Shown: positions 30,640 through 37,400 of the stretch, piece after piece
Position numbering within the stretch: the first letter of the stretch is position 1
How the letters are laid out: the number at the start of each line of letters is the position of its first letter
Assembly: GCA_963708075.1 (NCBI GenBank)
Contig: OY970194.1
Span: 5,696,001 to 5,760,000 of the forward strand
Length of the DNA: 64,000 nucleotides
Source of the DNA: Sedimentisphaerales bacterium
GTDB taxonomy: Bacteria; Planctomycetota; Phycisphaerae; Sedimentisphaerales; Anaerobacaceae
Reading direction: 5' to 3'
The notes under the pieces: generated by a model
Databases searched by the model: none
What the model saw: only the letters and a program-made list of their open reading frames with translations
Told to the model about the DNA's origin: nothing
Translations under genes and position numbers: made by a program

Positions 30640-31332
30640 TCAGAAGTCCTTATCTGCTGCTTTCGCCCTTTCTGCATCAGCACTTTTCTTCTCGTTGTAC
30701 ATTGGTATGTAGCTCATCAATAGGAGGCCTACTTCACTGATCTCTTTGTATGTCAAAACCATCAAAACGTCTTCGGGACCACTAGCTAAACGCCTAGGTC
30801 CACCCCAGGCCCAATCCTCGATAAACGCATTTCGTTGAACCCCCGTGCCATAACGAGCAAACAAAGCATCCTTCAAATACCCATAATTCGATGATCCTTC
30901 TAATTCAACCCAGATGCCGCACAGACGACCCTGATAACAGACATAGGACAAGCTCATTAGTTGGGCATCGCCAATAGATAGCTTATCATTCATACGTGCA
31001 TAGAATTGGTTCCTGGCGTCTTCGGTGGTCAAGACCATATCCTTCATGTCTGCGATATTTGTTCCCCACGGCAACCCTCTAAATCCAGCCCATTTGTCCA
31101 GTTCGGGTTGAGGCGGGGTTGGCGGAGCCTGCTCCGGAGGTGTCGTGACTATGGTCGGCGTTTCTTCTTTCTGTGAGACGGTTGAGGAAACAGATACTTG
31201 GTTATCCTCTTGCTGTTCCTGTTTCTCGGCAGCCGGAGCAGACTCAGGGCGACTCGCGACTGGTGCTGTCGGTTTGTCACTACAGCCAACAAGCACTAAC
31301 GCCATCATCGTGGACAGTAGTGCCATTCTCAT
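30640..31332 (-). CDS. lipoprotein (FRG-x-PWG motif), related to the downstream gene
   Basis: Lipobox LVGC; Pro/Gln linker; FRGLPWGTN. Confidence 0.75.
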   Translation of the reverse strand: MRMALLSTMMALVLVGCSDKPTAPVASRPESAPAAEKQEQQEDNQVSVSSTVSQKEETPTIVTTPPEQAPPTPPQPELDKWAGFRGLPWGTNIADMKDMVLTTEDARNQFYARMNDKLSIGDAQLMSLSYVCYQGRLCGIWVELEGSSNYGYLKDALFARYGTGVQRNAFIEDWAWGGPRRLASGPEDVLMVLTYKEISEVGLLLMSYIPMYNEKKSADAERAKAADKDF

Positions 31333-31507
31333 GTCCTTCTCCCTTCTCATTAGCGGTCATGCCGAAATCTTTGGGTACGGGCCTCTTCACGGTTTCTCCT
31401 GCCTCCTAACGTCCAGCCTGCCAACACACAGTATCAGTATAGCAAATGACGTCTCCGGACACAAGCCCATCCAGCAGTATGTCGCTCATTGGGTTTTGTC
31501 TGCTCTT

Positions 31508-31581
31508 TGTCGCGCGCGACAAGGCCGCTGTCCCACGCGACAATCGATCTTCTGCCGGGGACCCTACTGCCACAGGGGTCC
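31508..31581 (+). repeat. copy 1 of an imperfect direct repeat with two TGTC-N6-GACA palindromes
   Basis: 33/41 identity with 32129 over the first 41 bp; CAGGGGTCC at the same offset (+65) in both copies. Confidence 0.75.
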
Positions 31582-31780
31582 ACCCGCGTCTCGGCGGGTT
31601 TCGGGGCATCTCATCCAATTGTCCGATGTCTGACAAACTCAATAGCGATGTTGCGGGAAGAAAATGTTCTGTTCTCGCGAGTTCCTGCTCGGACCTCCCG
31701 GCGGCACACCGTTAGAGTCGCTGTCAGTAGCCGATTGCAGTTCGGCACGTACGATGAAACCTCTTTCAAGGAGTAAAGCA

Positions 31781-32020
31781 ATGGCAGCGAAGAAGAACAC
31801 GACGGCGGGCACCGGGAAGCAGAAGGCAGCCGCGAAGCTGGATGCGTTTGGCAGCCGGGTGGGCAGTAAGGCGGCGAAGGTAAATGCGATGCTGGGCAAG
31901 GAGCCTGTCACGATGAAGCAAATCAGGGAGAAGGTGGGTCATAACTATTACAATCACCTCGGCGACCTCATCAAGGCGGGGAAGGTCAAGAAGACCGACG
32001 ATGGATACGTGATCGCTTAA
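31781..32020 (+). CDS. small basic protein, probable winged-helix DNA-binding
   Basis: AAGGAG RBS; Lys/Ala-rich N-terminus; VTMKQIREKVGHNYYNHLGDLIKAGKVKKTDDGY; followed by a terminator. Confidence 0.75.
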   Translation: MAAKKNTTAGTGKQKAAAKLDAFGSRVGSKAAKVNAMLGKEPVTMKQIREKVGHNYYNHLGDLIKAGKVKKTDDGYVIA

Positions 32021-32034
32021 ACTCACCACAGTAC

Positions 32035-32062
32035 ACAAAGGCCGCAGTGTTGCGGCCTTTGT
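32035..32062 (+). terminator. intrinsic terminator
   Basis: ACAAAGGCCGCA-GTGT-TGCGGCCTTTGT. Confidence 0.8.
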
Positions 32063-32128
32063 CATTCCATCCCCCCACCTGCTATCCACACACATAACTG
32101 TGCAATCACGCTGCCCAATACAGCCCCG

Positions 32129-32202
32129 TGTCGCACGTGACAAGGCCCCTGTCAGCCCCGACAAACGATTATTTCCCCCAACTCCTATCCCAGCAGGGGT
32201 CC
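32129..32202 (+). repeat. copy 2 of the TGTC-N6-GACA direct repeat
   Basis: tgtcgcacgtgacaaggcccctgtcagccccgacaaacgat...caggggtcc. Confidence 0.75.
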
Positions 32203-32323
32203 CGCGCTTGTCGCCCGAATTTTCTTGCGGTCCCATTCCGAGAGTGGGATTATGTGGCACTAGCGGCTCGTGTTGTGATTGGAGACTCGATAACAGAAAT
32301 CGAACACTGGGAAGGAGAGATTC

Positions 32324-33028
32324 ATGCACATGGCAAGATTGTCTGTTCTGTTGGTGGCGGCTTTAATGCTTCTGTGTGGGTGTGCTTCTGTTTTGGTGAG
32401 ATACAATTACTCCCCACAGCCGACAGAAACAAGTGAGCCGCCATTGAATACTGTTGTGACTGCGTATGTAGGGGACAATCTGGTTCGACAGGGGCAGTAC
32501 ACGGAACACGATGCAATCTATCTGCGGCAGGACGTGAGAGTAGGAATAATAGGAGAAGTCATGATCATGCGAGGGTACTATCTAAAGGTGGGAGAGGATG
32601 CCACATCGGAGTTCTATCGTACGGCCGGTGGTTCAGATTCAGGACAGATAGTCGTAGCTGCGGCCGCGGTACCGGTTTGTGCACTGCGTGTAGATAGGCG
32701 GGATGGCAGACTCTGTGCTGTGGCGGTAAAGGGGGGGGAAGACTGCACGGCTAAGGCAGACTATGAGAGGAAGAAATATCCGGTGACAGGTGCCGCTGAC
32801 TTCCAGCAGACTCTTATTTACAGTGGAAAGGTGGGGGACAAGATCAACATCGGGTACCGAGAGTTCTCAGGTAGTCGGGCGAGACCTGCTTTCAACAATG
32901 AAGTGGAGTATGACCTATCGCAGTCAAAGACCATTGGGTACAAGGGAGCCCGGATTGAAGTCATTGAAGCCACTAACGAGTACATCAAGTACAAGGTTAT
33001 TTCGAACTTCAACAAAGCACAGTATTAA
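32324..33028 (+). CDS. hypothetical lipoprotein
   Basis: AAGGAG RBS; lipobox LCGC; FQQTLIYSGKVGDKINIGYREF...EVEYDL. Confidence 0.8.
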   Translation: MHMARLSVLLVAALMLLCGCASVLVRYNYSPQPTETSEPPLNTVVTAYVGDNLVRQGQYTEHDAIYLRQDVRVGIIGEVMIMRGYYLKVGEDATSEFYRTAGGSDSGQIVVAAAAVPVCALRVDRRDGRLCAVAVKGGEDCTAKADYERKKYPVTGAADFQQTLIYSGKVGDKINIGYREFSGSRARPAFNNEVEYDLSQSKTIGYKGARIEVIEATNEYIKYKVISNFNKAQY

Positions 33029-33217
33029 GGACACATAGCCAGGATGGGGTCTGGCAGGGGTGAGCAGGTTTTCGGTAGGTGTCGCCGGTAGCTGTAAAGG
33101 TGTTGTGCCTACCGGTGATGCAGCGTTGTACGAGCGCGTGCATTGCTGGGAAACCCCTTGATTTACAGTGTTTCGGTACAACATGCGACTTGGGCCGCGA
33201 GGAAAAACTTTACACCC

Positions 33218-34000
33218 TCAACCGCACTCTTTCAGCCAGTTCGCAACTGTGGTGTGCGATATGCCGCAACCGTCCGGCGACATATCCCTCAGCCGGTCTC
33301 GGATTTCCCGGCAGCTCAGTCCCGCATCATGCAGCCGACATGCCTCTGGCTGCAATCTCGCCTTCCGCCGTTTGCACCGACCCGGTTTCCTATCCCCGCC
33401 GCCTTTCCGCCCCTTGAACTGCTGCGCCCAGCGTGTTCGATAACTCTGCACCTCTCGGGGCGTCAGATCAGGAAACAGGTATGTGAGCAAGGGTACACCG
33501 CCGGTCAGTTCCTTCAGCTTACAGAACTCGGCCTCCGTTGGCGTTGCATCCGGGTTCGTCTCGGAATTGTAGTCCGCGTTCCTGACGAACCGGTCGGTGC
33601 ACGGTGCCAGCACAGCCGTATGTCTGCCGGTTTGGGCCTCGTGCTTTCTGGCACACTCAACGGCAGCTATCAGGCGGCCCCTGTTCTCATTGAGAACCCA
33701 GCCGGATATCACGTCGCGGAATACGGCAACGATCCGTATGCCCAGCTTTTTGCATGCCCTCCGTAGGACCCACTCGCAGACCGCCAGATTGCCCTTCCTC
33801 TCCTGCCAGCCGCTGCTGACCCGAACGTAGAGGACTACAGCCAAGTCAGGATGCTTCTTGTGGTAGCCTGCCAAACGGCGTACGAACCTGCCGATATCTT
33901 CGCAGGATTCCAGTTCGATTGGCTTGGGGCAAGGGCGTGCCCTTGCTATCCGTTCTGCCCGTCGGCGTCTTTCTCTGCTCCGCACTGCAATGTCCTTCAC
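33218..34000 (-). CDS. small serine recombinase (resolvase/invertase-like) with C-terminal HTH
   Basis: VLYVRVSSGWQ, FRDVISG, R-x-x-L, DRFVR; GLSCREIRDRL...ISHTTVANWL; start approximate. Confidence 0.8.
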   Translation of the reverse strand: MKDIAVRSRERRRRAERIARARPCPKPIELESCEDIGRFVRRLAGYHKKHPDLAVVLYVRVSSGWQERKGNLAVCEWVLRRACKKLGIRIVAVFRDVISGWVLNENRGRLIAAVECARKHEAQTGRHTAVLAPCTDRFVRNADYNSETNPDATPTEAEFCKLKELTGGVPLLTYLFPDLTPREVQSYRTRWAQQFKGRKGGGDRKPGRCKRRKARLQPEACRLHDAGLSCREIRDRLRDMSPDGCGISHTTVANWLKECG

Positions 34001-34219
34001 TCTCTGCTCATAGTTCAAGAAACAGGCAGGGCCAGTGGCCGAGCAGAGAGAAGCCACTATCGGTTGCGAACCGTGGCCCCGCCTATAGATTCACGTAGTT
34101 ACACTGTCATTATCGTACGGCATCAGAGCCCTAAGACCGGGAATCGCATGTTTCTTGTATCAAGAAAAGGGCGACCCCGCCCAACTACCCTCTGAGGGGA
34201 AATAATCGATTCTGTGAGC

Positions 34220-34516
34220 TTAAACACGCGATTTCTCGCGGTGCACGGGCAAGGGTTTGGCCCTCTCAGACCCCTTCTGGAAGGGTCTGGCCGCGTAGAG
34301 CGGACAAGCGGGGTCGGTGCACAGCGTTACCTCCTGCCTGACCCATCCGCAGCACTCCAAGCACTGCGCTTTGATCGCCGCAGCTTTGCTCCCGTTGACG
34401 GCTCGCTCGTATGTCCTGCGGCACTTCGGCGGCATCTGGGCGAGGCGTTCCTCGATCTGCTGCTGGCGGTTAGGGCTTGTGGGCGCAGCCTGCTTTTTGA
34501 CTTGCGTACTCTGCAT
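34220..34516 (-). CDS. small Cys-rich phage-like protein (putative Zn-binding)
   Basis: [20 protein letters not shown]...[17 protein letters not shown]. Confidence 0.7.
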   Translation of the reverse strand: MQSTQVKKQAAPTSPNRQQQIEERLAQMPPKCRRTYERAVNGSKAAAIKAQCLECCGWVRQEVTLCTDPACPLYAARPFQKGSERAKPLPVHREKSRV

Positions 34517-34538
34517 GAATGTGTTCTCCTTTTCAGCT

Positions 34539-34955
34539 ATGAAATCCCTGACAAAAGAAATCTGGATGAACGTGCCCCAACGCAGGGCAATCGTATCCAT
34601 TCACAACGAGGTGGAGAGGCTGGTTGGCGAAAGCAGCGTCCGGGATGGTCTGGTACTGGTGAATGCGATGCACATCACGGCCAGTGTCTTCATCAACGAT
34701 GACGAACCCGGCTTGCACCACGACTACGAGGTATGGTTGGAAAAGCTCGCCCCGGAGAAGCCATATAGCCAGTACGAGCACAATGGATCTGAAGATAACG
34801 CTGATGCCCACCTGAAACGACAGGTCATGGGCCGCGAGGTTGTAATCGCCATCACGGACGGCAAGCTGCACTTGGGGCCGTGGGAGCACATCTTCTACTT
34901 TGAGTTCGATGGCAACCGACGGAAACGCATCCTGGTCAAGATAATTGGCGAATAG
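34539..34955 (+). CDS. yjbQ: complete element-borne yjbQ (UPF0047 / secondary thiamine-phosphate synthase family)
   Basis: Full-length 138 aa; [45 protein letters not shown]. Confidence 0.93.
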   Translation: MKSLTKEIWMNVPQRRAIVSIHNEVERLVGESSVRDGLVLVNAMHITASVFINDDEPGLHHDYEVWLEKLAPEKPYSQYEHNGSEDNADAHLKRQVMGREVVIAITDGKLHLGPWEHIFYFEFDGNRRKRILVKIIGE

Positions 34956-34994
34956 CATCGATGTCTCTCGCTTCTCTTGTTCCGGACAGGGTAA

Positions 34995-35026
34995 AGTGCA
35001 ATGAGTAACAATTTTGTACGTAGCAA
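34995..35026. other. attR (element arm plus GCAA core)
   Basis: AGTGCAATGAGTAAC-AATTTTGTACGTA-GCAA; AGTAAC lies 15 bp from the central AA, mirroring GTTACT at attL. Confidence 0.85.
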
Positions 35027-35318
35027 CGCCATGCACATCACGGCCAGCGTCTTTATCAACGATGATGAGCAGGGCCTGCACCAGGACTTTGAGACCTGGC
35101 TCGAAAAGCTCGCCCCGGAAAAACCTTACAGCCAGTACCGGCACAACACCTATGAGGACAACGCGGATGCTCACCTGAAGCGCACTGTCATGGGTCGGGA
35201 GGTGGTCGTCGCCGTGACCGGCGGCAAGCTCGACTTCGGTCCGTGGGAGCAGATCTTTTACGGCGAATTCGACGGCAAACGAAGCAAACGTGTCCTGGTC
35301 AAGATCATCGGTGAATAG
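35023..35318 (+). pseudogene. yjbQ: 3' fragment of host yjbQ
   Basis: [18 protein letters not shown]...DNADAHLKR...[14 protein letters not shown]; complements the 26187-26311 fragment. Confidence 0.92.
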
Positions 35319-35330
35319 GCGGTCGCTCGC

Positions 35331-35993
35331 ATGGCATTACTCCTTTTTCTCCTGAAAGTCGTGGGGATATCCCTGTCCGGAGCGTTGGCTCCCGGCCCGG
35401 TCACCGCCGCCGCCATCGGCATGGGATCGGGCGATCGGTTTGCCGGCGCGCTCATGGCAGTTGGCCACGGCATCGTGGAGTTTCCGCTCATGGTGCTGCT
35501 TCTTGCAGGCGTCGGCCGGCTGCTGAAACTCTCTTACGTGAAGATTGTCATCGGTCTTGCCGGTGGCGGCTTTTTGATCTTCCTGGCAGTTCAAATGTTC
35601 CAAGGGCTTGGAAGCTCCGGCGCTGAGACAGCGCAGACGACAGGGGGCAACCCGCTTGCAGCCGGTATCCTCCTGTCGGCGGGCAATCCCTATTTTCTCG
35701 TGTGGTGGGCCACGGTGGGCTTGACCCTGATTACGACGTCCAAGAGTAATTTTGGGCCCGGGGCTTTCGGGCTCATGGCCGTGGCCCACTGGTCGTGCGA
35801 TCTTGTCTGGCTCACCGCCCTGTCCTGGGCCAGTTTCAAGGGCTCGACGCTCCTGGGACCGGCGGGACAGCGTATCGTGCTCGCCATCTGTGCGGCGGCG
35901 ATGCTCGGCTTTGGGCTGTACTTCATCCTGCTGCAGGGGATCACATTGAAACGCACGAACAGGACTCTCGCCAAGCCGCTCTCGGGGCAATAA
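35331..35993 (+). CDS. LysE-family translocator
   Basis: SGALAPGP, GHGIVE, NPYFLVWW. Confidence 0.85.
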   Translation: MALLLFLLKVVGISLSGALAPGPVTAAAIGMGSGDRFAGALMAVGHGIVEFPLMVLLLAGVGRLLKLSYVKIVIGLAGGGFLIFLAVQMFQGLGSSGAETAQTTGGNPLAAGILLSAGNPYFLVWWATVGLTLITTSKSNFGPGAFGLMAVAHWSCDLVWLTALSWASFKGSTLLGPAGQRIVLAICAAAMLGFGLYFILLQGITLKRTNRTLAKPLSGQ

Positions 35994-36005
35994 CAGACAG
36001 GAAGC

Positions 36006-37397
36006 TTACTCTGCAGGTGCATCTGGTGCCCGCTCGCGTGATGTCAGGTCTTGCAGGCCCGGCGGTGATACTTCGGTGGTTACTGCGGGCGTGTCCAGGA
36101 GTTGTTTGAGGGTATAGCGGGCGAGTGCCTGCCGTTGATCCTCGATGACCTGGTGCAATGCCTTTTCATCGGGTTTTGGCTGTCCAAAGGAGGCGGCCGC
36201 CACGGCATTCGCGATCTCCGACAGTCGAATGCGTTCGGGGTCTTTGGCGGGAACGAAACCCGGCTTCGGATCCGTGGTTTTCGCGAGCACCCCGCGATCG
36301 ACAAGCTCATCGAGGAGTTTCTCCCCGAATTCGCCCGGGATATCGAGCCGGCTGCAGACGTCGTCGGTCGAGATCGGCCCGTGACCGCTCACGAACGCCG
36401 CGGCGATTTCCCGTGCGACGGCGATGGCGGTCATGTCGTTGGCGATGAACCGGCCCTCCGCCTCTTGGGCCTTCGGGATCTCCGCCATCTCCAGCGTCTC
36501 GAAGTGCTGGATCGTGAACGCCAGTTGCAGTCCGAACAGCACGATCAACCAGGTCACGTAGACCCAGAAGATGGCCAGTGGGATGAGCCCCAGCACACCG
36601 TAGATCGTGCTGTACGGAATCAGTTTCGTGACATAGACGCCGAAGCCCCAGCGGGCGATGCTCCATATCAAGGCCGCAAAGGCAGCACCTTTCAGGGCCG
36701 GGCCGGCCTGCACCTTCGCGTTCGGCATCACCAGATATAGCACGAAAAGAGCGGATGTCGACAAGATATAGGAGATCACCAGACCGATCACAGCCGGGGT
36801 GCCCATTTGGATGCTCTGGAGGATCGCGTACCTCGTCGTCACATACAGTCCGGCGCCGAGCAGCAGCGGCACGAGCGTCAGCAGGGCCCAGTAGTTGATC
36901 ACCCGGTGCAGAAACCGGCGGCCTCGGGGGACATACCACATGTGATTGAACGCGCCCTCGACGATCGTAAGCAGGCGCAGCGCCGCCCACACCAGGAGCA
37001 GGATGCTGATCACTCCCAGGGAACTCTTGTCCATGTCCTCGAAGAAGCGGTTGATGATCGCATCGAGATAGTCCGTCAACATGACGTGCTTTTCGGGATT
37101 ATCCGGGTCGGGATACTGGATGGTCGTCAGACGCAATTCACTATAAGCGATAGTCTTAAGCTGTTCCGCCATATCCCGGTACGCGGGAATGGAATGAAAG
37201 ATCAGCACGACCACAATGACTAGGGGGACAATTCCGAAGATTGTGTAGTAGGACAGCGCCGCGGCCAATGGCTCCACGCGGTTCTTGCTCAGAAGTCTGA
37301 AACAGTGAGACCAGAGCCGGTACTGGCGGACGAGGAATCGGCCGGCCCGGCCAAGCTCGGCAGCAGGGGTGGTCAACATGTCCTTCAATACTTTCAT
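36006..37397 (-). CDS. YihY/BrkB-family membrane protein with C-terminal Rrf2-like HTH
   Basis: AAALSYYT, IVEGAFNHMW, IYGVLG...WVYVTWLIVLFG. Confidence 0.85.
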   Translation of the reverse strand: MKVLKDMLTTPAAELGRAGRFLVRQYRLWSHCFRLLSKNRVEPLAAALSYYTIFGIVPLVIVVVLIFHSIPAYRDMAEQLKTIAYSELRLTTIQYPDPDNPEKHVMLTDYLDAIINRFFEDMDKSSLGVISILLLVWAALRLLTIVEGAFNHMWYVPRGRRFLHRVINYWALLTLVPLLLGAGLYVTTRYAILQSIQMGTPAVIGLVISYILSTSALFVLYLVMPNAKVQAGPALKGAAFAALIWSIARWGFGVYVTKLIPYSTIYGVLGLIPLAIFWVYVTWLIVLFGLQLAFTIQHFETLEMAEIPKAQEAEGRFIANDMTAIAVAREIAAAFVSGHGPISTDDVCSRLDIPGEFGEKLLDELVDRGVLAKTTDPKPGFVPAKDPERIRLSEIANAVAAASFGQPKPDEKALHQVIEDQRQALARYTLKQLLDTPAVTTEVSPPGLQDLTSRERAPDAPAE

Positions 37398-37400
37398 CGG

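Larger units (their letters stand above)
26308..35026. mobile_element. 8.7-kb integrative element inserted in yjbQ via a large serine integrase
   Basis: GCAA core at 26308-26311 and 35023-35026; removal restores gtg ctg tgc aac gcc atg cac (VLCNAMH); integrase at left end; visibly more AT-rich cargo. Confidence 0.92.

Noticed and set aside
31680..31765. Ribozyme-like RNA upstream of the wHTH gene
   Set aside because: GATGAAAC is suggestive but the hammerhead CTGATGA core and stems could not be built.
34317..34538. N-terminal extension of the carried yjbQ
   Set aside because: Overlaps the RBS-supported minus-strand ORF; homology with host yjbQ starts at ATG 34539.
26308..35026. Prophage or ICE
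   Set aside because: No capsid, terminase, tail, relaxase or T4SS genes recognised.
34317..35318. Simple tandem duplication of yjbQ
   Set aside because: The second copy lacks its N-terminus, which is found 8.7 kb upstream and joins exactly at GCAA; this is an interrupted host gene plus a carried copy.
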